From the NCBI GenBank assembly GCA_963768425.1, contig CAVYHV010000009.1, positions 96,001 through 160,000 of the forward strand: a stretch of 64,000 nt of DNA. The letters are read 5' to 3'. A program made the position numbers and the translations under genes. Position 1 is the stretch's first letter. Each line of letters begins with the position of its first letter. Below the pieces are notes generated by a model that worked only from the letters and a program-made list of their open reading frames with translations, had not been told where the DNA came from and made no database searches. Source of the DNA: Candidatus Bathyarchaeota archaeon. GTDB lineage: Archaea; Thermoproteota; Bathyarchaeia; Bathyarchaeales; Bathycorpusculaceae. Below, piece after piece: positions 39,450 to 49,939 of this stretch.

Positions 39450-40713
39450 ATGGTAAGAATCCTACTAACGAACACAAATTGTTCGTGGAATGCTGGGTCT
39501 GCTGCCCAAGTAATTAGTACAGTTGAGACTATAAACGAATATATTAAAGACGCCAATTTTGTCCTAATATCCGATAACATCCCCGAATTGGACAATAGAC
39601 ACTGCAGCGAATATGGAGTAAAAGCTGTAGGTCCAACTAGAAAAAATCCTTTTTCAAAACATGCTTATACGTTAAAGTTACTCGCTTCGATAAACTCCTT
39701 AAACTAGAAGCGGTACTCGGGCCATTCTTAAAAGAATTGGTATACATGCCGACAGATTGATTGAAACAAAAGTTTTGAAAGAATACAACAAATCAGACTT
39801 GATTATCGACCTTAGCGGTGATTCTTTCAGTGACTATGGTAACTACTCCATTTTCTCTATTCTCAGCATTTTGATAGGTCTTTCCTTTGGGAAAAAAATT
39901 GCACTCTACTCTCAATCCATCGGCCCATTTAGGAGAATAAGTGTACCGTTAGTTAAACTCTGTTTAAACAAATCCAACTTAATTGTAATAAGAGAAGTTG
40001 AAACCGAAAATATTTTGAAGAAGATTGGTGTCGATTTTACACATACATACCTAGCACCTGAGATCGCGTTTCTGCTAAAATCGGTATCGCCTAAAGAAAC
40101 ATCCGAAATATTCCAAAAAGAGGGAATAAGCAAAAGCAACCGCCCGTTAATTGGTTTAGGCACAAATATTTTTGTGCACAATGGGCTTAAGTCAGGAAAT
40201 GAATCGGATGTGATACTTATGGCAAATATTGCCGATTTTTTAGTTGAAAAAATAGGGGCTCAAGTGATATTGGTTCCTCACGTTATTATTCCTGCGCAAT
40301 ATAATTTTGAAGATGACCGTTTCTTGTCTCAAAAGATTTTTCAAAGAATTAAAAATAAGGATGATGTCAGGCTTATCAAGGGAGATTATTCTGCTGTGGA
40401 ACTGAAAGGAATTATTGGTCAGTGTGATTTATTCATTGGAACAAGAATGCACTCTAACATTGCTTCAACTTCAATGTACATTCCTACGGTTGCACTCTCA
40501 TGGAGCCATAAATATCACGGCATAATGAGAATGCTGGGTCAAGAAGAATACTGCTGTGATTTTCGAATTGCTACGTTCGACGACATAACTCAAAAAATCT
40601 CTGCCGCTTGGCAAAATAAATCTGAAATAAGAAAAGAATTGAGCTTACGAGTACCTGAAATTAAAAAATCCGCTTTTAAAACAGGTGAACTGATAAAGAA
40701 CCTATTAAACTGA
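39450..40713 (+). CDS. Polysaccharide pyruvyl transferase family (WcaK-like), frameshifted near 39700
   Basis: NAGSAA N-terminal piece; SGDSFSD, QSIGP, IRE, GTRMHSNI in second ORF. Confidence 0.82.
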
Positions 40714-41265
40714 TCAATTTATTTTAATTTAGGCGCCATTTCAATAAACCCATGATCAAGTCATTCTGACCCCAAAATTACTAAACTATTAAGCAAACGT
40801 TTACTAAACTGTAGACAGGGAAATTATGTAGATTGCAGGTATAGTCCATTCAGTGAATTTAACTTGAGAAAAACTCCTCTTTTGCTGACACTTGGTTTTG
40901 TTTATGGTTTTTTAGTGATCTTGATTGCTGTTTAAAGCAAACGCTTGTTTAACCGTTTTTGTTTTTGGCGATTTGCAATAGAGTTTTTTCACCTATGCCT
41001 TTATTAAGGATTTTAGAATCTATTTGGCAAGAGTGACAATCCAGAGTAAACTACACTTGTTATGTGCTCTAATTACTATCTGCTCTCGTCAGAGAGGGAT
41101 TTGATAGTGTTTACTTTTTATCATTCAGAAATTTCATTACAAGAAACAAACAATGAATACAGAAGTTATTTAAAAACTACGCCTAAATCTCAATTCCAAA
41201 TAAAGTAACATTTTACTTGGAGGCAATAACAAATACGCAAGCATACTAGATTTTTTGTCGTTACC

Positions 41266-41739
41266 TTGTTTGTCTTTTTGGCGTTCGGCTTTTGTCTCAA
41301 TAGTGAGCCTCGTGTTTTTGCCCAAGTTAATCAAGTCTCATCAAAACTGCAGACCGCCAACACAGCAGTTGACCAGGCTTTTAATGCAGTTTTCGACGCT
41401 GAAAAGGCGGGCGCCAACGTGAGTAGCCTACTAACTCAATTAACTGTTGCTGCAGACGATGTAGCTCAAGCTGAAAATGCATACCGAACTGGAGATTCTA
41501 ACAGTGCCGCCGTCCAAGCAGACAGTGCACTCCCAATCGCACAACAAGTTATAACCGAAGCTCAAGACGCCAAACAAAACGCTACAGCTTCCCAACAAAA
41601 TACCTTCTGGTCCACCACAGCATTAACAGTTATTGGCACCATTGTATTCATTTTGGCTTTGTTTCTGGGTTGGCGCCGGTTTAAGCGAAGCTACATAAGT
41701 AGATTATTTGAAGCAAAACCTACGGTGAATACACAATGA
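41266..41739 (+). CDS. Secreted helical protein with C-terminal TM
   Basis: Signal-like segment, AEKAGANVSSL helical region, TM; start may be upstream (ATA at 41233). Confidence 0.7.
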   Translation: MFVFLAFGFCLNSEPRVFAQVNQVSSKLQTANTAVDQAFNAVFDAEKAGANVSSLLTQLTVAADDVAQAENAYRTGDSNSAAVQADSALPIAQQVITEAQDAKQNATASQQNTFWSTTALTVIGTIVFILALFLGWRRFKRSYISRLFEAKPTVNTQ

Positions 41740-42335
41740 AGCTTGAAAGTTACAAACTTATTTTTATAGTCGGGTGCCTAATTGGAGTTTTGATAATTGC
41801 CTCTCCTGCTCTTACAGGTTTTATTCATTTTCCAAGCGGAGAGCAATTCTCCGAGCTTTATCTCTTAGGATCAGGAAACATGATGGCAAATTACCCATTC
41901 AATATTGCAGTTGGACAGAATAATTCCGTTAACGTAGGCGTCACGAATCAATTGGGATCGTCAGCCTACTACGTATTGTATGTGGAACTGAAAAACCAAA
42001 CAGACCCCTACCCAAATGCAACAACAGAATCTCCCAGTTCACTTTCCCCATTATACGAATATCGGTTTTTTGCTTCGAATGGTCAAACTTGGGAGAGCAA
42101 ATTGAACTTTACAGTATCAGCTGCAACATTTTCCGAGAGCCAATCAATTATTAAGGTCTTAACGATAAACAATTTTGCCTTTAATGCAAATAAGCCAGCT
42201 GAATGGGATGCGACTGATAAAACATTTGCATATCAGCTCTTATTCGAGCTATGGACTTACAACCTGAAAACTAGCTCCATAACTTATAACAATCGTTATG
42301 TAAGTCTCCAACTGAATCTAACTCAAAGTTCTTAA
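41736..42335 (+). CDS. DUF1616-like protein (exported domain)
   Basis: FSELYLLG...NYP, VGVTN, LLFELW; overlaps upstream stop. Confidence 0.7.
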   Translation: MKLESYKLIFIVGCLIGVLIIASPALTGFIHFPSGEQFSELYLLGSGNMMANYPFNIAVGQNNSVNVGVTNQLGSSAYYVLYVELKNQTDPYPNATTESPSSLSPLYEYRFFASNGQTWESKLNFTVSAATFSESQSIIKVLTINNFAFNANKPAEWDATDKTFAYQLLFELWTYNLKTSSITYNNRYVSLQLNLTQSS

Positions 42336-42462
42336 TTTTGCCTTTTAATATCAATAAATCCCTTTTGTTTTGGTTTCGAATAAGGAATCAATCGCAAGAA
42401 TAGTTGTCATTACTACAATCAGTTGATTCAACAACGCGTAAATACTGATATTCTATAAGCTG

Positions 42463-43131
42463 TTGACCGGAATGACTAAAAAACAAACTAACAGTAATCA
42501 CACAAAAGAGCAATCCGAACAAATCATACTTGAAATCATAAAAAATCAATCTCCAGAAAACACTCAACAACTAATCAGAATGATACAAGAAAAAACCCCT
42601 CTATCCACAAAAGCCATAACTGAAATGTTAATTCAGCTTGAGAAGGAAGATAAAGTTCACTTCAACAAAAAAGAAATCATTACAACTTCCCTTTGCGCCT
42701 ACGCTTTCTCAAAGCAAGCAGCTTGGTATTGGATTACAGTCGCCCTTGCACTTGGAACTGTTTTAACCGTGTTCACTATACCTGACAGCAGTATTCCACT
42801 CGTTTACCTTCGTTCGGTACTGGGTTTAGTATTCATACTATTTCTGCCTGGTTTTGCCTTAGTGAGGGTGCTTTATCCTTCAAAATCCCCTTTCCAAACC
42901 AACAACGAAAACTTGGACAATATCATACGTATCGTTCTAAGCATCGGTCTAAGCATAGCACTTGTTCCAATTATTGGTTTAATTCTTTACTACACATCGT
43001 GGGGGATTGGAGCTACGCCCATAACTTTCAGTTTACTCGCGTTAACGCTCTTTCTTGCTACAGTGGCTATGCTGCGCAAATACCAAATAGAGTTACACCA
43101 TTTTCTTTTAGCGTATCCATCACTTAGTTAA
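42463..43131 (+). CDS. wHTH-like + DUF1616-type TM protein
   Basis: FLPGFAL, LSIGLSIALVP TM motifs after a helical N-terminal domain. Confidence 0.7.
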   Translation: MTGMTKKQTNSNHTKEQSEQIILEIIKNQSPENTQQLIRMIQEKTPLSTKAITEMLIQLEKEDKVHFNKKEIITTSLCAYAFSKQAAWYWITVALALGTVLTVFTIPDSSIPLVYLRSVLGLVFILFLPGFALVRVLYPSKSPFQTNNENLDNIIRIVLSIGLSIALVPIIGLILYYTSWGIGATPITFSLLALTLFLATVAMLRKYQIELHHFLLAYPSLS

Positions 43132-43274
43132 TAGTTTAAACAGCTGTTGGCTCTATTCCATGCAAAATTGTTAAGTGAACGCTTATGCCGTGTCGATCAA
43201 AGGTTTAACGCATATTTTGACAATGGACCTCGCAGAACCCCACTAAGAAATAGTAGGACTAGCTAACCGAGCAG

Positions 43275-43487
43275 CGTACGGTTCGTGCAGAGATCCTTAG
43301 AGACTATAAAGTGAAGTCCAATAGCTTCGGCATCGAAGTTGAACTGCATCATTTTGTGGAGAGGAAAGGCTTTGGTATAGTGAAAGTGCCCATTTGTTAC
43401 ATGAGGCGATTTGGTGCGAAGGAATTGATCGTTCGGATTAGTACGGCAATTCTTGAGAGTATGATGCAGGAAGCACCGTTTTGGTGA
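43275..43487 (+). pseudogene. 3' relic of a GT2 paralog of 38556-39302
   Basis: RTVRAEILRDYKVKSNSFGIEVELHHFVERKGFGIVKVPICYMRRFGAKEL aligns to RVVRASIFRSWTVKSRGFDVEVELNHQIEREGFAIEEIPIRYRERIGQKKL. Confidence 0.8.
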
Positions 43488-43591
43488 AGCAAATGGACGC
43501 TACATTGATTGTGGGCGTTGGTATTTCTAGTTTCGCAAATAAGGTTAATAATGTGTTTATAAAAGAAAATATCGTATGAGGAATACATAAA

Positions 43592-44470
43592 ATGAAGATA
43601 CTTGTAACAGGATCAGCAGGAATGCTTGGTAGCGCTCTTTGTCCCACGCTTGCTCGAAGGGGTCACAAAGTGATTGCAACAGACTTAAGCACGATAGATG
43701 CAGGAATTGAATACTTGGACGTAAGGGGTTACGAGCAAGTAGACGACCTAGTTAAGAAAATAAAACCTGATATGGTGATGCATCTTGCAGCTGAAACAGA
43801 TGTTGATAAATGTGAACTTGAACCTGATCATGCATTTCAAACCAATTCTATTGGCACTCAGAATGTAACCTTGGCGTGTCAGAAGCAAAATATTGTGATG
43901 GTTTATATTAGCACAATAGGCGTCTTTTACGGAGATCAGTTTGAACCTTACTCGGAGTTTGATAATCCTAATCCAATTAATATTTATGGTAGAAGCAAGC
44001 TTGAAGGCGAAAAAATAGTTCAGAGTCTCTTGCAAAGGTACTACATTGTTCGCGCAGGTTGGATGATGGGTGGTGGGCCTAAAAGGGACAAGAAATTTAT
44101 CGGTAAGATAATAAATCAAATTAAGGAAAAAACTATACTGAAAGCTGTCCATGATAAGATAGGGAGTCCTACGTACACTGTCGATTTTTCTAAATGCTTA
44201 ACCAATCTAATCGAAACCGGTTATTACGGTCTTTATCATTGTACTAACGAGGGATATTGTTCAAGGTTCGATGTTGCCAAGAAAATTATTGATTTCATGG
44301 GACGACCAGATGTTACTGTTGAACCTGTCAACTCTGCTTATTTTCCTTTGCCTGCGGCACGAGCAAGATCAGAAATGTCTAGAAATTATAAGCTTAAACT
44401 CCTTGGCAAGGACGCTATGAGGAATTGGGAAGACGCGCTTAAAGAATACATTGATTCATGTTGGAAATAA
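43592..44470 (+). CDS. rfbD: dTDP-4-dehydrorhamnose reductase
   Basis: GSAGMLG, AAETDVD, YGRSKLEGE, GSPTY. Confidence 0.9.
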   Translation: MKILVTGSAGMLGSALCPTLARRGHKVIATDLSTIDAGIEYLDVRGYEQVDDLVKKIKPDMVMHLAAETDVDKCELEPDHAFQTNSIGTQNVTLACQKQNIVMVYISTIGVFYGDQFEPYSEFDNPNPINIYGRSKLEGEKIVQSLLQRYYIVRAGWMMGGGPKRDKKFIGKIINQIKEKTILKAVHDKIGSPTYTVDFSKCLTNLIETGYYGLYHCTNEGYCSRFDVAKKIIDFMGRPDVTVEPVNSAYFPLPAARARSEMSRNYKLKLLGKDAMRNWEDALKEYIDSCWK

Positions 44471-44780
44471 ACTCTTTGAACACAAGAGGTTTTTTCGTTT
44501 TTCTTTTTCCATCTTTTCATTTTTCTTTCTCGCTAACGGAGACGGACAACTTTGCCAACTCTTTTCACCAATTGGGCACATTATTCACATGCGGATTTTT
44601 CCAAACTGACGAACAGCCAAGAATTACTAGTACATGCAAGAAAATCGCCGGTGCTTTTGTTAGTTGCTATTGCGTGAGAGAAATATTGCGCGACCGTGTG
44701 GAGACGCCTAATGTTAGGTAGTTGAGGAATAAGATTTTGACAACAAAAATCGTGCTCTAAATCTTGATGTAGCTGATCTT

Positions 44781-45881
44781 ATGCGAATAGCTTATGTGGG
44801 AACCATGGGCATCCCAGCTCGCTACGGCGGGTTCGAAACATGCGTAGAAGAGATAGCCATTAGACTTGCCAGAAAAGGGCATGAAATAACTGTTTATTGT
44901 GGTTACAGGGGTTCAAAACCTCGAACTAAATCATACAAAGGTGTCACGTTAAGATATGTTCCATGTCTTAGAAATAAATTCGTGGATTTCCCTTTTCGTT
45001 CATTTGTTTCGGTTCTTGATGGATTGCACAGTAACTTTGACATTATTCACTTTTATGGCTCTGATGCTTCGCCTTTTGCCCTTATACCGAGAATGGCATC
45101 CTCAAAAACGGTAATTTCTCTTGATGGATTTACTTGGAGCAGATCGAGTTATCCAATTTGGGTCCGAAAAATTCTACGTTTAACTTCTAGCTTTGCTTTA
45201 GTTTTCCCAAATGCGGCTACTGTAGACTCAAAGTTTGTACAACGCTGGTACTGGAAGAATTTACTCAGGTACCCACTGTATGTTCCTTACGGAGCTAATA
45301 TTGATTTGGCTGAGCCTGATGAAACAGTTCTTCTTAAGAATAACCTTAGAAATAAGAAATATGTCCTTTTTGTGGGTAGGTTAGTGCGCGAGAAGGGTGT
45401 TCACTATCTAGTTGAGGCTTTTGCACGAATCAAGACTAATTTTAATTTGGTTATTGTTGGGGCGGACCCATATGGAAAAGAATATGAGCTTTTTCTAAGA
45501 AAAAAAGCTAATGAGAAAACTGTTTTTTTGGGGTGTGTATATGGAAAGGAATACGAAGATTTGTGTAAAGGTGCATATCTTTATGTCTCGCCCTCAGATC
45601 TTGAAGGCACATCCCCTGCCTTGTTAACAGCGATGGCTTTGGGGAAAAGTCCACTCGTAAGTGACATTCCAGAGAATCTTGAGACAATAGGCAATGCTGG
45701 TTTTTCATTTAGACATGGAGATGTTGAGGATTTAAAAGAGAAACTTCAATTTCTTCTTGAAAATCCAGAAGTGGTTGAAGATATGCAAAAAAAAGTGGTG
45801 GATCGAGTTAGGACCTATTATGATTGGAATAAGATAACAGATCAGATGGAGAAATTATATGTCTCCCTTGTCTGTGAGTGA
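44781..45881 (+). CDS. GT4 glycosyltransferase
   Basis: GIPARYGGFET, VGRLVREKG, EGTSPALLTAM. Confidence 0.9.
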   Translation: MRIAYVGTMGIPARYGGFETCVEEIAIRLARKGHEITVYCGYRGSKPRTKSYKGVTLRYVPCLRNKFVDFPFRSFVSVLDGLHSNFDIIHFYGSDASPFALIPRMASSKTVISLDGFTWSRSSYPIWVRKILRLTSSFALVFPNAATVDSKFVQRWYWKNLLRYPLYVPYGANIDLAEPDETVLLKNNLRNKKYVLFVGRLVREKGVHYLVEAFARIKTNFNLVIVGADPYGKEYELFLRKKANEKTVFLGCVYGKEYEDLCKGAYLYVSPSDLEGTSPALLTAMALGKSPLVSDIPENLETIGNAGFSFRHGDVEDLKEKLQFLLENPEVVEDMQKKVVDRVRTYYDWNKITDQMEKLYVSLVCE

Positions 45882-45899
45882 AATACGCAAAGGCAATCT

Positions 45900-47120
45900 A
45901 TGGTCATTTTAATACTCTTTGAACTGTTGGCGAATCTACCTTTGAAGTTTCTGATGACGTCGACTTTTTATCCTCCCTATAGCATAGGGGGAGATGCTAC
46001 TCACGTAAAATACTTAGCTGAAGAGCTTGTAAAAATAGGCCATGAAGTTCATGTTTTCTACAATAGGGATGCCTATGAAGTTAAGAGGCGAAACCTGCCT
46101 CAAATCGTTGAGCCGCAAGATATTTTCCTTCATGAATTTAAATCAAATTCAAATTTTAGTCCATATGCCGCTTACTTCTTCGGGAATTCCCCTGCAATTT
46201 ATAAAAAGTTTAACACTTTAGTCAAACAAATAAGACCAGATATCATACATCACCACAACATTTCTTTACTTGGTTACAATATTCTGAAAAACCATGGAAC
46301 CTCTGCAAACGTTTACACGGCGCATGATTTTTGGTTGGTCTGCTCTCAAAACAATCTATTGAGGAACGGCAAAGAATGCAATGTTCCGTCATGTTTTACT
46401 TGTTCTTTGAAGAGCAAAAAACCTCCACAATTATGGAGGTACTATCGCAACTTCAAGGAAGCTGTTGGCAACATTGATCTAATTATAGCACCATGCGAAT
46501 ATCTTCAAAGAAGAATAGCTCAAGAAATTAATGTTAGAAGCGAAGTGATAAGAAACTTTGCACCTTTGCCGCCGAATTATATTTCACGGACGAGTTACTC
46601 CGATTATTTTCTCTTTGTCGGAGGTTTAGAAGAACATAAAGGTATCATGAATCTGCTGGAGGTGTTTCGAAAATCTCAGCACCGAATAGGTGCCAAACTA
46701 CTGATTGTAGGACGCGGTAGCTTACGAACCCGCATTAAACAGTTCATTCGAGAATATTCCCTAGACAATGTAGTTATTTTTTTGGGATCGGTTCTCTCAG
46801 AAGAGTTATATTCGCTTTATCAAAACGCCTACGCTTTGGTTGTGCCGTCAATTTGGCCAGAAAATTCGCCGTTGGTTATTATGGAAGCTCTATCAGTAGG
46901 TACTCCTTCAATAGTTTCAAATATGGGCGGATTGCCCGAGATTGTTAGAACAGGCAAATGTGGGTTAATTTTCAATAACTTTGAAGAACTTTCGAATATT
47001 CTCATTAACTTTCCTAAGACCAACTGTGATAGAGGAAGAATCTTCAATATATATATGGAAAACTTTTCTCCTGGAACCTACGTGAATCGTTACCTCAAAT
47101 CCATTGAGGCTTATGTATAA
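45900..47120 (+). CDS. GT4 glycosyltransferase
   Basis: FYPPYSIGG, HDFWLVC, ENSPLVIMEA, GGLPE. Confidence 0.9.
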   Translation: MVILILFELLANLPLKFLMTSTFYPPYSIGGDATHVKYLAEELVKIGHEVHVFYNRDAYEVKRRNLPQIVEPQDIFLHEFKSNSNFSPYAAYFFGNSPAIYKKFNTLVKQIRPDIIHHHNISLLGYNILKNHGTSANVYTAHDFWLVCSQNNLLRNGKECNVPSCFTCSLKSKKPPQLWRYYRNFKEAVGNIDLIIAPCEYLQRRIAQEINVRSEVIRNFAPLPPNYISRTSYSDYFLFVGGLEEHKGIMNLLEVFRKSQHRIGAKLLIVGRGSLRTRIKQFIREYSLDNVVIFLGSVLSEELYSLYQNAYALVVPSIWPENSPLVIMEALSVGTPSIVSNMGGLPEIVRTGKCGLIFNNFEELSNILINFPKTNCDRGRIFNIYMENFSPGTYVNRYLKSIEAYV

Positions 47121-47697
47121 GAAAGCTACTAGACAATTTACTTTGACTTTCGAATACGAGAACGGGATTAAGAGCATTTATGGTTAAAGTTGAATGTTTC
47201 CACAATGACGGTGCGACTCATAGAACGTCGGTTTTTAGGCTAATTGCTATTCAACCAAATATCCGCTTGATAGTGTATTTTGGATAATATGCTTTTCAGA
47301 CAGAAAATGGAAAGTTAACATAGGTGAAGGTTTCGATCATGAAATATCAAAAGAAATCAATTTCTTGCCAAATCTTTTTTGTCTTCAAACCCGCGGAAGA
47401 TCCCAGTTAGTCTAAATAAATCATTGTTATTTGAATTATTACGTAATAGTTGCGAAGTGAACCGCAATGACTAAAAAACAAACTCAAATTGATCCAGCCA
47501 AAAGAGCCATCCAAACAAAATCATACACGAAACCGTGAAAAAACAGAAAGGCGTTCTGCAGAGGCATAATTTCGATACCACGTTAGTATTGCGGGGTGCT
47601 ATGGTAAGTCCGAATATCCGCGAGTAAATCGCGAGTAAATTTGGAAGAATTAGGTTTTGATAGTTTGGCTTATTTTTAGGCTTTGTTGGCTGTTTTT

Positions 47698-48600
47698 TCA
47701 TGGTGTATTTATGGTCAGCTGGGAGTTAGCGAACCATGCTTGGCCTGAATCGCTGGCGCCGTATGTTGAGCTCCAAACTTGCATCCAAGGAATTATCGCG
47801 GTCGGTATGATCATTTGTCCTGCGGAATAGCCTCCTGTTGTGCCGTCGGCGGGATAAGTTGATGGTACGGTAAAGCTTATTGTTACTTGGGTCCAGGTGT
47901 TTGTGTTCCAGTTGACGTATGTTTGTCCGTTTGGCCAGCCGCTTGTGGGTGTCCAAACGCTTCCGTCTGGCGCGTCAGTGCCAGTTATTCGCCCGGCAGC
48001 ACTATAGAAGTCTATTCCGACTCTTCCGCCGCTGCATGGGTTTGTGTCGCCAAGGCTGCTTGCGGTGGTTTTTATCCAGCAGCTAAAGACTATTTGGTCG
48101 CCTGGTGCTATTGAAATGTAGGGGCCGTCGCATTCTCTTGCGGCATTACCTGTGTTGCCTGGGGGGTCTATTCTGATTGTGGGGTTTCCGTTGTAAAGTA
48201 CATTTGTATCTAAAACAACATTTGCTACTCCGCCGATTCCCCATTCCATGCCTGTATCTGCCGTAGTCCAACCGTTTGGAACAGGTGCCAAGTTAGTTGT
48301 TGGTTTTGGGGTTGGGGTTGGACTTGGGGTTGTTGTTGGTTTTGGGGTTGGGGTTGGACTTGGGGTTGTTGTTGGTTTTGGGGTTGGGGTTGGACTTGGG
48401 GTTGTTGTTGGTTTTGGGGTTGGGGTTGGACTTGGGCTTGATGCAGATGCTACAACGCTTCCATAGGTTGACATGCTGACCTCAGTTGAAACCTGTGCTT
48501 GTGCAATCAAATATGTAATAGAGTAGCATAACATAATGCATAAGATGATGGCAAAGTATTTACTTTTTTTCATCCGATGGGGCGCCTTTAGGTTCATCAT
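47698..48600 (-). CDS. Secreted protein with PT-rich linker and CBM-like C-terminal domain
   Basis: Signal peptide, (TTPSPTPTPKPT)n, aromatic-rich beta domain shared with 51724-53199. Confidence 0.8.
   Translation of the reverse strand: MMNLKAPHRMKKSKYFAIILCIMLCYSITYLIAQAQVSTEVSMSTYGSVVASASSPSPTPTPKPTTTPSPTPTPKPTTTPSPTPTPKPTTTPSPTPTPKPTTNLAPVPNGWTTADTGMEWGIGGVANVVLDTNVLYNGNPTIRIDPPGNTGNAARECDGPYISIAPGDQIVFSCWIKTTASSLGDTNPCSGGRVGIDFYSAAGRITGTDAPDGSVWTPTSGWPNGQTYVNWNTNTWTQVTISFTVPSTYPADGTTGGYSAGQMIIPTAIIPWMQVWSSTYGASDSGQAWFANSQLTINTP
48296..48435 (-). repeat. Coding 36-bp tandem repeat, about 4 copies
   Basis: GTTGTTGGTTTTGGGGTTGGGGTTGGACTTGGG unit encoding a Pro/Thr linker. Confidence 0.9.
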
Positions 48601-48786
48601 TTCTCTTTGATTAGCAAATCGTAAGCTTCAATATAAGCATACTTACTCGGCTGAATTCTTGTTCAGCTGTGTAACACAAATACACAATTCTTTCCTTAGT
48701 GATTTTAATTTTGAAACGTTTAAATTATTGTTTTACGAAGAAACAACTAACGTGGTCCTTAAAAAGCGAATTATAGTGGATTTTGT

Positions 48787-49773
48787 ATGTCTGATGAAAA
48801 AGTTGAGAAAGATGTTAAGCCTTTATTGAGCGTTATTTTAGCAACCAAAGGCAACAAGACAGTGTTTCTGGAGAGATGCATTAAATCTCTTCAAAATCAG
48901 ACATTTCAACAGTTTGAAATAATCGTTGTGTATTCGATCTATCCTGAAGGGCTTAGTAAACTTTTTGAAGATTGCCACATTCTTGCTTTGAAAGAAAACG
49001 GGCGGACGTTGGGTGCAGCGAGAAACCTGGGAGTAAAGTCTGCAAAAGCAGACATTGTTGTGTTCATAGATGATGACGCAGAAGCTCCCAATGATTGGCT
49101 GAACAAAATATATTCAACCTTTCAGCAGTATCCGTCGTTGATGTGCTTAGGTGGAGCGCATCTAACTCCAATTGAAGAAGGAAATAGTAGTGTTTTAAGA
49201 TTTGTCGAAGGCTCATTTGCAGAGTTACAGAGGAGAAAAGTTGTCCTCGATCGTTCCGCTGTAGGAAAGATTGCGGGTTGCAACGTCGCTTACCGAAAAA
49301 TAATCTTTGATAAAATCGGTCCTTTGAGCGAAACGCTTCGGTCAGGAGAAGATTGGGAGTTTCACATTCGTATAGCTGAAAATGGGTATGCTTTGCGTTT
49401 TGATCCGCAGATCCCAGTTTGGCATCACAGGCAAGGGTTGAAACATGCTTTTAAGAATAGCTCAAATATGGTGCCGTTTTTCTTTTCGTGGAAAGCTCTC
49501 AAATATTCGCGTCACGAATATTTCTTTGCTTCTTTTTATCTTTCAAATTTTCTGTTTTTGATTTTAATTGTAACTATATTTATCTCTCCAGTCGTGTTTC
49601 TTTCGTTTCTCGTTTTAATATTATTATGTTATTTTATATTTACAGCAGTGCGTACAAGGATGCATGACCGCCGGCTTATCTATTTTCCACTGGTGGTTTT
49701 ATTCACTTTGGCAAGAATATTTGGTTTTTACTATGGTATATTAAAGCAAATAGCTTCCAAACTGCATCATTAA
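48787..49773 (+). CDS. GT2 glycosyltransferase with C-terminal TMs
   Basis: ARNLG, FIDDD, GCNVAYR, GEDWE. Confidence 0.9.
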   Translation: MSDEKVEKDVKPLLSVILATKGNKTVFLERCIKSLQNQTFQQFEIIVVYSIYPEGLSKLFEDCHILALKENGRTLGAARNLGVKSAKADIVVFIDDDAEAPNDWLNKIYSTFQQYPSLMCLGGAHLTPIEEGNSSVLRFVEGSFAELQRRKVVLDRSAVGKIAGCNVAYRKIIFDKIGPLSETLRSGEDWEFHIRIAENGYALRFDPQIPVWHHRQGLKHAFKNSSNMVPFFFSWKALKYSRHEYFFASFYLSNFLFLILIVTIFISPVVFLSFLVLILLCYFIFTAVRTRMHDRRLIYFPLVVLFTLARIFGFYYGILKQIASKLHH

Positions 49774-49939
49774 TTCGAAGCGTTTCATTTACCCAAACGA
49801 TTTAATGAACATCTTTCATTATGTTTATTTTTTGTCAGCTTTTTTTATTATCTAAAATAATTAACCAGAATTAGGTTTAACTACTCGCGTTTGACTTGTT
49901 TCTAATTTATTAATCAATGTAAGATGATTTGGTGTAGGC

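Noticed and set aside
48296-48435. 36-bp tandem repeat as CRISPR or telomere-like DNA
   Set aside because: Head-to-tail with no spacers and in frame with a Pro/Thr linker
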